Source: a virus
Direction: 5' to 3' (one strand)
IMG/VR virus record: IMGVR_UViG_3300027708_001885
Location: 38,378 to 102,377 of that record
DNA: 64,000 nucleotides
Position numbers and translations under genes: made by a program
Shown: positions 1 to 9,880 of the stretch, piece by piece
Layout of the letters: each line of letters opens with the position of its first letter
Numbering within the stretch: position 1 is the first letter of the stretch
The notes under the pieces: generated by a model
Told to the model about the DNA's origin: nothing
Database searches by the model: none
The model's input: only the letters and a program-made list of their open reading frames with translations

Positions 1-173
1 CCATTCAACACAATCGTTTAATTTTTGATTATACCAAACCATACCCGGCTCTGCTTCTTCTACCACCTGTAATCGCCACCAATGATTGCTTCTTCGATGT
101 AGTGTGGGTTTAATCATAGGCTGCTCCAAAGCCCACTTTTTAAGGACCTTGTCCAATTCGCTAAAGTCTAAGT

Positions 174-701
174 TCAAACTTTTTTCTTTCTAGGATAAGT
201 CCGGCGTTTGGTCTTAGTTTCTTTCATAACCAAAGGACCGTGGCTAACATCTTGTTTAGACTTTTCTAATGCGGCATGGATAGCATCGGCACTGATATTA
301 TCTTCATCAGCCATATGTTCTTCATGTCTATCAAATTCTTCATTTAAACTTACAGATCCTATGCCATTATGTCCGTCACCTGTAAATTCATCATTTGTTG
401 AGATTATTGCCATTCCAGTTCTAGCCAACATTCGATGTGCGGCATCTGGATCGGTAAAAGCTTCACGCAAACTACCCACATGCCCATCTTTAGTTTGACT
501 AATAGTTTCCCAAGTCCGAACTTCGAGCAAAGGTTCAATTTCAGTTGGAATAGCTATAACATAGTGAATGTTTTGACTCCAACCTTCTTGCCTGATAATA
601 AAAGTTTGAACAATTTTACCCTCAGTAGATTTGATATTATTTTTGCTAACACCGTAAATCCAAACGACATCCCCTATATTATATTTCTTTTTAATTGACA
701 T
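174..701 (-). CDS. hypothetical phage protein
   Basis: 175-aa ORF in the co-directional gene string; no recognised motif. Confidence 0.7.
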   Translation of the reverse strand: MSIKKKYNIGDVVWIYGVSKNNIKSTEGKIVQTFIIRQEGWSQNIHYVIAIPTEIEPLLEVRTWETISQTKDGHVGSLREAFTDPDAAHRMLARTGMAIISTNDEFTGDGHNGIGSVSLNEEFDRHEEHMADEDNISADAIHAALEKSKQDVSHGPLVMKETKTKRRTYPRKKKV

Positions 702-864
702 GTGTTTCCTTAACGCTTACGTTACCTTTAGACTCTAGCATGTCTTTGATAAACTTAATAGCTTTTCTATCGGTATCGTAAACGTATTCTGCGTCCTCGT
801 CATCGGATCGCAAAGTTACAACAACGCCATTTTTTACCTTACGGATTTCGATTGACTCAAACAT
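691..864 (-). CDS. small hypothetical protein (57 aa, MFESIEIRKVKNGVVVTL...)
   Basis: Hand-translated ORF filling the gap between neighbours; AAGG upstream; below the ORF-track cutoff. Confidence 0.65.
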   Translation of the reverse strand: MFESIEIRKVKNGVVVTLRSDDEDAEYVYDTDRKAIKFIKDMLESKGNVSVKETHVN

Positions 865-874
865 AGTTTTACCT

Positions 875-1657
875 TTATTGTGGTACGCTCAAATTATAGT
901 TAAAGTGGAATATACCGATATGAGCAACTTCTCTGCTCAATTCTTGATCACACCAAACTTCATATCCTGTCTTTTGAGCCTGCTGACAGAAATAAATGTC
1001 CTCACCAATTTCAAGATTAAGTTCTGGAACAAATTCTTGCAAGTAATGCGGTTGTGGAATTTTTTCATAAACTTCACGCTTGCACAGTACCATACCGTGT
1101 GGCAGTACATCAATCAATTCCATTGCAGGACTTTGATCTGTAGTGTGAAATTCTGTAAATGATCCAGCTTTACCAGTCATACCTGTAAAGTTGGGATTTG
1201 GAAAACGGCGACGACGATAGTTTGCGCCAACAATATCTTTGTTCCGTGCCAATAAACGCATAGGTGCGTCGATGGGAAATTTCATATCACTATCGACCCA
1301 CCAAATGTAATCAAAATCTGACTTTAGAAAAATATCAACTAGGTTACGACGAGCAATGGTAATAACTGATCCAATGTTGAATGCACAGTTGATCTTAATA
1401 CCGTTGGCAACCATATTAGCAGCCGCCATGGCCAGGTGCTGTGCAAACTCAGCATTAACCATTTCCATTGCGGGCACAGCAATCATAATACTTGGAGGTT
1501 TCCCTGCAGGACGTTGTTGCGCCGCTGGGTTTGGCCTAAAGTTTGTAGGCATTGGTTGTCCAGTCGGTGGCCGACTAAATGCTGCTTGCATAGCCGCAGT
1601 AGCCGCAGTCGGAGTAGGCCTGTTTCCTGTTGGAATGTTTAGTTTACCTTTTTTCAT
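875..1657 (-). CDS. GT-A fold (family 2-like) glycosyltransferase
   Basis: ARRNLV..FL..DFDYIWWVDSD (DxD motif), GEDIYFC, VAHIG. Confidence 0.7.
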   Translation of the reverse strand: MKKGKLNIPTGNRPTPTAATAAMQAAFSRPPTGQPMPTNFRPNPAAQQRPAGKPPSIMIAVPAMEMVNAEFAQHLAMAAANMVANGIKINCAFNIGSVITIARRNLVDIFLKSDFDYIWWVDSDMKFPIDAPMRLLARNKDIVGANYRRRRFPNPNFTGMTGKAGSFTEFHTTDQSPAMELIDVLPHGMVLCKREVYEKIPQPHYLQEFVPELNLEIGEDIYFCQQAQKTGYEVWCDQELSREVAHIGIFHFNYNLSVPQ

Positions 1658-1721
1658 GTATTTCCTTTATTGTTTATAATAACATGTTTCTTGATAAAAT
1701 GCAATGACTTTTATTACCATT

Positions 1722-2456
1722 TTATCGTTTATTAGATTCTTGAAGACTTAATGTATCAAAAAATTCTTTCTTTGTACCCGGGTCCTTGTTAAATGCACCT
1801 TTGAGTACAGATGTAGTTGTTGAACTATCATGTGCCATAATACCTCGATTTTCACAGCATCCATGTGTCATTCTCAAATAGACTCCGACGTTTTCACTGT
1901 CTGTGGCTTTAGAGATCTCCCTAGCAATGTCATTACAAAGTTCCTCCTGGAGAGTACCTCTACGGGCGCACCATTGGGCGATTCGTGTATATTTGGACAA
2001 TCCGATGAGCTTCTGGGCGGCAATAATGCCAATATAAGCAACACCGCTAACAGGTTGGTGATGATGAGAGCACATACTACGAAGCTCACTGCGGACAACC
2101 AGCATACCTTCGTAGCGGTCCTCCGAATCATTTGGAAAAGCGGTTGCATCTGGTGCTGGTTCATATCTACCTGCCATTATCTCATTAAAATACATTTTGG
2201 CCAGTCTACGTGCTGTACCTTTGCTATTGGGATCATTCTCTCGGTCAATTAACAATGTGTCTAACACACTTTCAAATGCCTCTGTTGCCTCGTCGATTAA
2301 CTGATCAACGTCTGTAAAGTGAACGTATTCGCTAACATTGTCCCCTGCCCAAAAACGCTTGCCTTCACGTTTCATCTTCATGCGGATTTGTCCTGCCAAA
2401 GTACCTTCACTATAATCGCCCTCGTCCATGTTCTGGTATGATACCGGTTCTGTCAT
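1722..2456 (-). CDS. folE: GTP cyclohydrolase I
   Basis: SMCSHHHQP, GLSKYTRI, LQEEL and HGCCENRG motifs. Confidence 0.95.
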   Translation of the reverse strand: MTEPVSYQNMDEGDYSEGTLAGQIRMKMKREGKRFWAGDNVSEYVHFTDVDQLIDEATEAFESVLDTLLIDRENDPNSKGTARRLAKMYFNEIMAGRYEPAPDATAFPNDSEDRYEGMLVVRSELRSMCSHHHQPVSGVAYIGIIAAQKLIGLSKYTRIAQWCARRGTLQEELCNDIAREISKATDSENVGVYLRMTHGCCENRGIMAHDSSTTTSVLKGAFNKDPGTKKEFFDTLSLQESNKR

Positions 2457-2498
2457 TTATTATTTTCCTATGTTAAGGCAGCGGATTGCCATTTGTTA

Positions 2499-2527
2499 AT
2501 TGTATAGTATTTAGATTCGTGTGTCAA
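2499..2527 (-). promoter_or_regulatory. sigma70-type promoter upstream of folE
   Basis: TTGACA-17 nt-TACAAT on the minus strand. Confidence 0.7.
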
Positions 2528-2615
2528 TGGTTTAGGATAATCTGAGGAAAGTATTCTTTTTAATTGCTACCTACAAATCCATAACCAATAATGCCAACTC
2601 TTTCTTGATCAAACA

Positions 2616-2843
2616 TTACTTGGTAAGGCCCATAAAAATAAGTTCACGCTCTGTGACATTGGCCACAGGTTTAAGCCAACCGTGCTGGATACATTCTAGT
2701 ATAAGATCTTTGTAATTTTCAGGGCATCGTTGACTAATTTCAATTCCGGCTCGATTAGCCTGCTCTAGGCCGGCAGTAATTACAAAATTAGGATCGCCCG
2801 GTTTGATAGTGCGAATTTGGCTTTGGTGAACAGTGTATGTCAT
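2616..2843 (-). CDS. hypothetical protein
   Basis: 75-aa ORF preceded by TATAAT. Confidence 0.65.
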   Translation of the reverse strand: MTYTVHQSQIRTIKPGDPNFVITAGLEQANRAGIEISQRCPENYKDLILECIQHGWLKPVANVTERELIFMGLTK

Positions 2844-2874
2844 GCTACTATTATAGCATACAATTTAAATTAGA

Positions 2875-3600
2875 TCAACGATCTATCCAATCTTTATTGC
2901 GATATGGTTTGCCAACATAGGCCAATGGAAGATACCGAACTACCTTTTTCTTAACACGCTGTACAATAGGATGATTGTGATCGTGCTCAAATGCCTTTAG
3001 ATACATTCTCCAACTATTGTGACGTCTTTGTTTGCCCTTTTGATTTTCGTTTAAGTAATCAATAATTGAATCGTAATCACCCTTAAACTTGTCAATCATT
3101 TCACAGGCAATGTTAAACGCATACGCATCTATCTCATCAGAGGATCCTAAGTATTCTTGTTCTAATCTTACCTTAGTCCTGTTAGCTGTACTTTCATAAT
3201 CCGGAAGTATTTTAAACTTTCTACGTCTGTACTGCCTCATATGTATCATTTCATGTAGTAGTGTATCTGCTATGTTAAGGCACATGCTTTTAAAACGTTT
3301 AGGAGTCATACAAATTGTATCATCCACTACAGGATATGCAAACACTATTTCAATACATTTGGTTTTTTCTTGATCTAAATCGCTGTAATAAGCACCACCG
3401 ACCCATATTTGGTTCTGTTCAATCTTTGGATCAAATTCTCGTTTTATTTTAAGGGGTGCAATTTTTTTTAATTGCGTGGATAGTTTTGTATGGATTTGCT
3501 GGATAGTTAGTGTACGTCCAACAATATTAGGATAGAGAGAGTATATGAAACCAGCTATAGTTTCTCGAGTTAATCCAGCCCAATTAAACTTGATTCGCAC
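2875..3600 (-). CDS. hypothetical protein with HExxH zinc-binding motif
   Basis: LLHEMIHMRQY followed by EIDAYA. Confidence 0.6.
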   Translation of the reverse strand: MRIKFNWAGLTRETIAGFIYSLYPNIVGRTLTIQQIHTKLSTQLKKIAPLKIKREFDPKIEQNQIWVGGAYYSDLDQEKTKCIEIVFAYPVVDDTICMTPKRFKSMCLNIADTLLHEMIHMRQYRRRKFKILPDYESTANRTKVRLEQEYLGSSDEIDAYAFNIACEMIDKFKGDYDSIIDYLNENQKGKQRRHNSWRMYLKAFEHDHNHPIVQRVKKKVVRYLPLAYVGKPYRNKDWIDR

Positions 3601-3654
3601 GTTCTATCCTTTGATATAATAGTAGTTATCAGTTTTGCATATAGATATTATATG

Positions 3655-4167
3655 CTATGTTAATTTTATTATATTTACGCCAGATTTTTCTAAAAACTCT
3701 ACTCCTGACTTGTCCCTATAACTATTGCGGTAATATACGCTAGATATGCCGGCGCCATATATGCTTTTAGCACACTCCAAACACGGAGAGTGAGTGACAA
3801 ACATAGACGCACCGGTTCCGCCGACTCCGCCCCGTTTGGCTAATTTATCTAACGCATTTCGTTCAGCATGAAGCACCTCTGGTTTAGTTTTTAATCCATA
3901 ACGTACATCACGTTGGGCACCTTCATGCCATCCTTCGTAAGGATATTTGGCTTCAAATTCGTCAGGGTCAAGCCAACCACCTGCTCCTGCATCCCACACT
4001 CGATCTTCACAGTTGTTATCCCACCCTGCAGGCATACCATTGTAGCCATAGCTGATAACACTGTCGTCTTTGACAATGACAGCACCAACTTGCAATCGTA
4101 CAGCATGACTTAATTGGGCAGTCCGATCTGCCCAGTCCATATACAAGTCTATAAATTTTTGTTTCAT
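3655..4167 (-). CDS. dCMP deaminase
   Basis: VGAVIVK, GYNG, HAERNA and PCLEC motifs. Confidence 0.92.
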   Translation of the reverse strand: MKQKFIDLYMDWADRTAQLSHAVRLQVGAVIVKDDSVISYGYNGMPAGWDNNCEDRVWDAGAGGWLDPDEFEAKYPYEGWHEGAQRDVRYGLKTKPEVLHAERNALDKLAKRGGVGGTGASMFVTHSPCLECAKSIYGAGISSVYYRNSYRDKSGVEFLEKSGVNIIKLT

Positions 4168-4919
4168 TTGTATTCACTTCCGTCTTTTGAATTATATTTT
4201 ACATCTGGATCAAAGTGTTCGAACTGATCGTATCCTGGTTCGTCGGGTAACACCCGTTTACCTACAAACCAATTACCGATGTGTTTAATTATGTTTTTAC
4301 CGTAATAATTTTTTACATTGGCAGAAGTTTGTACTTTTTGTTCTGCTAATACTCTGCCTATAAGACCTTCATTGAGATTATGATCGTAGAATTGTTTATA
4401 GGGGATTTTTGTTGCACTCAAAGGATATAGACTAGCCATTGGTGAAAATATGACACTACCTTTAGTGTATCTAAAATTTTTGTATATTAGATCAGTAGAT
4501 TCTGCTTTTGGGTCTGTCTCGGTTGCATACCATGCTTGCCTTGCCAATTGAATTTGGCTTATTTCAAGATCGCTATTCAGCAACTCTATTAAATCGGTGA
4601 TCAATACAGGCTGTTGTATCAGTACATCATCTTCCATATGGAAAACATAATCGTAATCTCTATCTTTAATTAGATCCCAGAATTGACTCCATGTAACACT
4701 TAGACCTAAATTTTCTTCATGCAGTATAATCTCATCATATCCAAACAACTTAACCAATTCAGTTATCATTAAGTTATTTCTAGTCTTAGGATAATCGTCT
4801 ATAAAAATTTTATGTACTTCACAACCGTAGAAATTTAAATTAGCTTGACACTGTAGGGTTGGGATTAGATATTCTAATCTATTTGTAGAAAACACAACCT
4901 GACAGATTTTATAGGTCAT
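4164..4919 (-). CDS. glycosyltransferase family 2-like
   Basis: IFIDD, YDYVFHMEDD, HIG. Confidence 0.65.
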   Translation of the reverse strand: MTYKICQVVFSTNRLEYLIPTLQCQANLNFYGCEVHKIFIDDYPKTRNNLMITELVKLFGYDEIILHEENLGLSVTWSQFWDLIKDRDYDYVFHMEDDVLIQQPVLITDLIELLNSDLEISQIQLARQAWYATETDPKAESTDLIYKNFRYTKGSVIFSPMASLYPLSATKIPYKQFYDHNLNEGLIGRVLAEQKVQTSANVKNYYGKNIIKHIGNWFVGKRVLPDEPGYDQFEHFDPDVKYNSKDGSEYK

Positions 4920-5467
4920 TAGTATGCCTCTACGTCAAAAAAGAATGTTTGGAACAATCGACCATTTTCTTTACTGTCACCGAAGTAATCTAAACTTGCA
5001 TGAAACAGGTCACCTCTGTAGAGTATAAGTCTGTTGTACTTGTTGCCTATTCTATCGAATAAATCCCACTTGGTATAATCGTATCCTTCATGATAAGATT
5101 CGGTACGTCTATATTCGCCTGTTGCCTTATGTCGATATAAACCTGTGCCTCCTGTGTATGGTGCATCTGGTGTTAGATAGCATACTCCTGCCCATTGATT
5201 ATAGTGATCGGCATGTATCCATGTTCTGTCCTGTGCAGTAGCCAATTGAAAAGCCCCAGTACATCCTTGATTCTCAAACCAGTTAGTTACATTACCGACA
5301 GAATTCATCCAATACTGTATTGCATCTTTAACATCATCTGGCAGGTAGGGTTTTGTTCGTACTCCGGGATAGTTACCTGTAACATCAAACGATTGTTCTA
5401 GTGCATATTTTCTTACAGCATCTGGATCGCTATAAAAATTATCAACAATTAATAATTCTAAATTCAT
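4919..5467 (-). CDS. 2OG-Fe(II) oxygenase-like protein (DUF6445-like)
   Basis: IVDNFY.DPD, NYPGVRT, WIHAD, GTGLY, YNRLILY..H, RLFQTFF. Confidence 0.75.
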   Translation of the reverse strand: MNLELLIVDNFYSDPDAVRKYALEQSFDVTGNYPGVRTKPYLPDDVKDAIQYWMNSVGNVTNWFENQGCTGAFQLATAQDRTWIHADHYNQWAGVCYLTPDAPYTGGTGLYRHKATGEYRRTESYHEGYDYTKWDLFDRIGNKYNRLILYRGDLFHASLDYFGDSKENGRLFQTFFFDVEAY

Positions 5468-5468
5468 A

Positions 5469-6230
5469 TTAATACCTTAAAAATTGACCACCAGCTCCGT
5501 CCCACCCGTATACTACCCAATCTGTTTCAATAATATTTGGCTCATATACTCTTGTAAAAAAGTATAACAAGGTTTCTACATCATATATCGAACCGTTAGG
5601 GTGATTGGTAAATGTTGCAATGACTCTGTAAATATCTAATATTCTGTCCATATTCATTCTGCCCCATCCGTATAGGACAGACGAGTACTGATAGAGTTTA
5701 TTATCATTTTGAATAGCACGACGATCTACTATTTGATAATTCCAGCTGTCATTCCATTCATACTTGAAAGGATGTTTAAAGAAGATTTTATCGAGATTTT
5801 CTTCATTGAGCAAACTGGTATCAAAATTACTATCAACAAAATACCGTCCACTCATTTTAAAGTAGTAGTCGTATCCGTCTAAAACACTTCTGTACTTTTC
5901 GATGAACTTGACCAACATTAACGACTCGCCGAAACTCTTGTTAGGGTGTGTTCTGACTAATTCAAATATATCAGGAAATTCTTCCTTAACTGACACAAAC
6001 ACAAGATTTTTCTGATAACCTAGTGTAGACTTATATTGCTCGTAATCTTCTGATGCATCAATTAGAAAAATAGTAGTATCAGCTCCAGCCATCATATCAA
6101 GTGATGCTATAGTAAAGATGGTGTGTTTAAATCTATCAGCACTTGAAAAGGTTGTTCGTACCTTACTGTATGTAAGTGGGTTAGTATTATCGACATCAAT
6201 AACACTGGTAATTAAAAATGCTTTTTTCAT
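5469..6230 (-). CDS. hypothetical protein, putative glycosyltransferase-related
   Basis: FLITSVI...FKMSGRY motif; flanked by GT genes. Confidence 0.55.
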   Translation of the reverse strand: MKKAFLITSVIDVDNTNPLTYSKVRTTFSSADRFKHTIFTIASLDMMAGADTTIFLIDASEDYEQYKSTLGYQKNLVFVSVKEEFPDIFELVRTHPNKSFGESLMLVKFIEKYRSVLDGYDYYFKMSGRYFVDSNFDTSLLNEENLDKIFFKHPFKYEWNDSWNYQIVDRRAIQNDNKLYQYSSVLYGWGRMNMDRILDIYRVIATFTNHPNGSIYDVETLLYFFTRVYEPNIIETDWVVYGWDGAGGQFLRY

Positions 6231-7249
6231 TCTCTGTAAAAATCCTTAGCCTGTAGTTTCTTAAAATATTCATCAAATTTTTTGTGTACTACAGATTCCT
6301 CGCAGTTGACCCATGCCCAATCTCTACAGGCTTTGGGATCTATGAGATGTATGTTTTTTAATGCTGTAACAAATTCTTTAAACTCTCTGCAACGATATCC
6401 CGTAACACCGTGTACTACTGTTTCAGTAAAACCACCCCAGTCTGTTGTAATTGCAGGTGTACCGCAGAAATACCCCTCAACCACCATATTGCCAAACGGC
6501 TCGACATAGTAAGTGGGCCCAATAATGGCCTGTGCATCACGCATCAATTCTTTTCTTTGATCGGAGCCAACTAGTCCTACACAGGTTACGTGCTCGGGTA
6601 TTTCTTTATATCCCATATCCGTGAGACTACCCGGACCAGCAATGATTAGCTTATGTCCAGATTTCTCTGTAGCCTGTATCGCAATGTGTATGCCTTTACT
6701 TTCAATTACACGGCCGAAGTACAGTATATAGTCTTTCTTTTTTGCAGAATATTCAAACTCGTCGGCACTAAATCCATTTGGAATAACTGCATCATACCAG
6801 CTGGGAGTCATCAACATACCTCGTTCACCATACATCATATGTTGCTGTGCATAGCTGACAAATACTCGATAAGGCGCAAATACTGCTTTAGTTTCGTAAC
6901 CGATGCTTGGTTCGACAATCAATAGGTCCTTATTTGCTTCGGCTGCTTCTCGATTCTCCCAACCATGGAAACACATGATTAAATCGCCGGTACGTTTACG
7001 CAGGGCAATTTCTTTGCCTGCACGTTTATTGTATTCTTTTATGTTAGTTTGATTATCATTATATATGTTAGGCAAACACACTATGGTTTTACACGGCACC
7101 TGGCACCCTACAATACCGTAATGAACACAATCCCATCCTAGCTTCTGCATGTTCTCGACAAATTTTATCACAGCTATTGAGAACGCATCTATCCTTCTAT
7201 CAATATGAACAGGACTGTATGGACTACTTAAAATGTGCAATGTTGACAT
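6227..7249 (-). CDS. glycosyltransferase family 4 (GT-B)
   Basis: YFGRVIESKG and EPFGNMVVEG...GTPAITTDWGG. Confidence 0.88.
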   Translation of the reverse strand: MSTLHILSSPYSPVHIDRRIDAFSIAVIKFVENMQKLGWDCVHYGIVGCQVPCKTIVCLPNIYNDNQTNIKEYNKRAGKEIALRKRTGDLIMCFHGWENREAAEANKDLLIVEPSIGYETKAVFAPYRVFVSYAQQHMMYGERGMLMTPSWYDAVIPNGFSADEFEYSAKKKDYILYFGRVIESKGIHIAIQATEKSGHKLIIAGPGSLTDMGYKEIPEHVTCVGLVGSDQRKELMRDAQAIIGPTYYVEPFGNMVVEGYFCGTPAITTDWGGFTETVVHGVTGYRCREFKEFVTALKNIHLIDPKACRDWAWVNCEESVVHKKFDEYFKKLQAKDFYRE

Positions 7250-7271
7250 ATTATTAATTATCGCTAATCAA

Positions 7272-7346
7272 TGGCCGGCCCTGCAGGAATTGAACCCACA
7301 TCGCATGGTTCGAAGCCACGTATTCTATCCATTGAACTAAGGGCCG
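7272..7346 (-). tRNA. tRNA-Arg(UCG)
   Basis: Cloverleaf; anticodon arm CGTGG-CTTCGAA-CCATG; encoded CCA. Confidence 0.9.
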
Positions 7347-7350
7347 CAAA

Positions 7351-7830
7351 TTAAGTAGCAAACCAAACTTCATCAAACCCTTCTTCCAAAGAAGGTGGGT
7401 CTGCTGTTAGATCAAAAGCCATTTGTTCTACTACACTTATTGGAATCTCTTTACCAGGTCGACTTGCTAAACGCTTGGCTAATTCTTCTTTTTCAGGAGT
7501 CTTAAACACTACTGCAATCTTGTAGTAGTCTGGCAACATGTTGAACTTACGAGCACGACTTGCAATAGTTGTACTGGTCTGATCCCAAATGATATCACGC
7601 TTCATTTCACGGGCCGCAATTACTTCCTTGGCCATGAGATCAACAGCAGTGGGCATGAAATCTGTAAACACTTCGGAATAGGTACGACCCACTTCCTTGG
7701 CATAGATTTCAACCCACTTGTCTGTACTGATGCGAGCACAGGTTATTGCCCATTCCTGATCATCTACCCATGTAGACTTACCTGAACCAGGCACTCCGAC
7801 TAGTACATATAATTTACATCGTTGGTCCAT
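7351..7830 (-). CDS. P-loop kinase, polynucleotide-kinase-like (AAA_33)
   Basis: GVPGSGKST, ISTD and IIWDQTS; start moved to MDQRCK. Confidence 0.8.
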   Translation of the reverse strand: MDQRCKLYVLVGVPGSGKSTWVDDQEWAITCARISTDKWVEIYAKEVGRTYSEVFTDFMPTAVDLMAKEVIAAREMKRDIIWDQTSTTIASRARKFNMLPDYYKIAVVFKTPEKEELAKRLASRPGKEIPISVVEQMAFDLTADPPSLEEGFDEVWFAT

Positions 7831-8419
7831 TGCCGTTCCTAAATGTAATTGATCCACCTTCTTCAACAATGCGCTTTTTTACATCCTCGAACAAGATGGG
7901 CGCAAAGTCCGGAGTCTGCTCAACGCAAACACAATGATAACGAACATCGTTCTCGTCGCTGTACAAGACTTCTCCTGTACGGGCATCGACACCCCTGGCC
8001 TTCTTGACACGATTTGCATGTAAATGACCGTGAACGTTAACACCGAATCGACCTAAGCTGTCACTATGTAAAGGAATATGACTAAAGATCATACCCTCTA
8101 CAACGTGATAGGCTCGCAATTCACGGAAGTAAGCTCTGTATTCGTCATCTCGGAAGATGTCGTGGTTACCGCGGATTAAGACCTTGTCGCCGTTCAAGCG
8201 AGCTAATGTCTTTAATGCCTTACGGTTAATAACCACATCGCCCAAATGATATATTTTATCTGTGGGCTTAACACGTTCGTTCCAAGCCTTGACCATGGCT
8301 TCGTCCATTTCTTCAGGACTGTCCCAAGGACGTAACTTTGTGACACCGTCGTTACGAGTGAACTTACAGACACCCATGTGTCCGAAGTGCGTATCACTCA
8401 CTAAAAATGTCGCTGTCAT
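7814..8419 (-). CDS. calcineurin-like metallophosphoesterase
   Basis: SDTHFGH, HLGD, GNHD and HGHLH motifs. Confidence 0.9.
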   Translation of the reverse strand: MTATFLVSDTHFGHMGVCKFTRNDGVTKLRPWDSPEEMDEAMVKAWNERVKPTDKIYHLGDVVINRKALKTLARLNGDKVLIRGNHDIFRDDEYRAYFRELRAYHVVEGMIFSHIPLHSDSLGRFGVNVHGHLHANRVKKARGVDARTGEVLYSDENDVRYHCVCVEQTPDFAPILFEDVKKRIVEEGGSITFRNGNGPTM

Positions 8420-8657
8420 ATTCTATCCTTTCTTTCTTTACTCGCCCTATTCGGCTAGCCTTGTTCCAATCATAGTCGACTCCATCAGGACACTTTCCGT
8501 CCTTAACAGCGTCAACGCCAAATATGCCACACACTTCAAAGTCCGGACCTTTGATAGTCACAAACATTCCAACGGTCTTGGCAAATGCCATGGCACCATC
8601 TAGTGTGTCGCTTCCGAATAGTGGCAAGCCACTTTTGCTTATTATATTATATATCAT
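8394..8657 (-). CDS. hypothetical protein
   Basis: Likely start at MIYNII, overlapping the upstream stop. Confidence 0.55.
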   Translation of the reverse strand: MIYNIISKSGLPLFGSDTLDGAMAFAKTVGMFVTIKGPDFEVCGIFGVDAVKDGKCPDGVDYDWNKASRIGRVKKERIEYDSDIFSE

Positions 8658-9114
8658 TTTTAAAAGTTCGCCAATCATCAATGTTTGGCTTTTCGTTTTC
8701 ATCATATGTCCAACCTAAAGCCTTCATCATGCGATGCTTGACTAGTAGGTTAGGGCTGCGGAATCTGCCAGTATCTTCAAAACCCATCATGACTCCGACT
8801 TCGCACACTGCACCACTACGGCAGATACCCATTGTACAATGCACGACTACATTCATTCTGTTAGATAATGCATGTTGCAGTAATCGAACAAGCTCGTCGG
8901 CTTGTTCTTGACTACATCTCATTGCTTCGTCTAAAGCAAAATCATTCTTTTCGATATCAAGGAACTCAAAATTATGACGCTCTTTGAATACGTGTTTTGC
9001 TTCTGGCTTCCAACCTGCAGGATCAGTAATGCTGATCAGCATACTATTCTCTCCGGCTTCATGATGAAACCTAGTAGGTATATCATCAGCAGCTACGTTT
9101 TCAATCCAGGGCAT
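8647..9114 (-). CDS. CX5R (protein tyrosine/dual-specificity) phosphatase-like protein
   Basis: VVVHCTMGICRSGAV; SD AAGGAG. Confidence 0.8.
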   Translation of the reverse strand: MPWIENVAADDIPTRFHHEAGENSMLISITDPAGWKPEAKHVFKERHNFEFLDIEKNDFALDEAMRCSQEQADELVRLLQHALSNRMNVVVHCTMGICRSGAVCEVGVMMGFEDTGRFRSPNLLVKHRMMKALGWTYDENEKPNIDDWRTFKNDI

Positions 9115-9137
9115 TTTATTCTCCTTATTATGTATAT

Positions 9138-9166
9138 ATTATAGCAGTATTTTACCAATCTGTCAA
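9138..9166 (-). promoter_or_regulatory. sigma70 consensus promoter
   Basis: TTGACA-17 nt-TATAAT with extended -10 TG. Confidence 0.85.
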
Positions 9167-9184
9167 GTAAGTAAATAGTATTAT

Positions 9185-9406
9185 ATGTCACAATCTAAGA
9201 CTCATTTGCAAGAAAAGCTAGCCGAACTCGACGAGTTGTTAGAGCATTATTCTCACGCCACAAAAGGCGAAACCCTTGCCGCCCAAAGAGGGCTATTGCA
9301 AGGGTGGTTGGCTAGAATCGCGGCAACGGATTATATCGTGGCAAACGAACTTAAAGAGCGATTGTACTTGGCTACGAACGGGCAGAAGCCTTCAAAAGGT
9401 ACATAG
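9185..9406 (+). CDS. hypothetical protein
   Basis: 73-aa ORF preceded by TAAATA. Confidence 0.55.
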   Translation: MSQSKTHLQEKLAELDELLEHYSHATKGETLAAQRGLLQGWLARIAATDYIVANELKERLYLATNGQKPSKGT

Positions 9407-9635
9407 TAACTTCCGGACCTTCAACTTTGACTAGATCGTTGGGATACTTTCTATTACCTTGATACCAAGAATAATTGCCGTAATCAAGTTCCCAAACTGT
9501 AACCATCTTAGCATTAAGTTTTTTGACGGTGCCGAATTCAAGAGTATTTCGATTAGGATAGCATACTGCATCTCCTATTTTAAGAATACGTCCTAATTTG
9601 TCTTTATGTTCGATTGGTTCTTTTGTTTTTGACAT
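9372..9635 (-). CDS. hypothetical protein
   Basis: 87-aa ORF with a KDKLGR.LKIGD N-terminus common in phage proteins. Confidence 0.65.
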   Translation of the reverse strand: MSKTKEPIEHKDKLGRILKIGDAVCYPNRNTLEFGTVKKLNAKMVTVWELDYGNYSWYQGNRKYPNDLVKVEGPEVTMYLLKASARS

Positions 9636-9649
9636 AATGTGATTTAGAA

Positions 9650-9723
9650 TGGAGCGGGTAGCGAGAATCGAACTCGCAAATTAACTTTGGCAAAGTTATA
9701 GGTTACCATTACATCATACCCGC
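9650..9723 (-). tRNA. tRNA-Gly(GCC)
   Basis: Cloverleaf; TAACT-TTGCCAA-AGTTA; TCCA end. Confidence 0.92.
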
Positions 9724-9748
9724 GATGTTTTTATTTACCTACTAAAAT

Positions 9749-9869
9749 AACAGGTTCTCATTTTTGTGCTACCAATACACCAACACAGTTGACCAAACTG
9801 TGTCCAGGATTCGAACCTGGTCCGTCTTTTTTGCAGAAAGTTTAATAAGATTGCTGAAAAGAACCTAAA
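9749..9869 (-). ncRNA. Y-RNA-like element 1 with circularly permuted tRNA (GCA anticodon)
   Basis: Terminal stem AGGTTC/GAACCT, then TTCAGCAA, anticodon arm, T arm, loop-closed acceptor stem and D arm. Confidence 0.7.
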
Positions 9870-9880
9870 TGGTCAAATAA

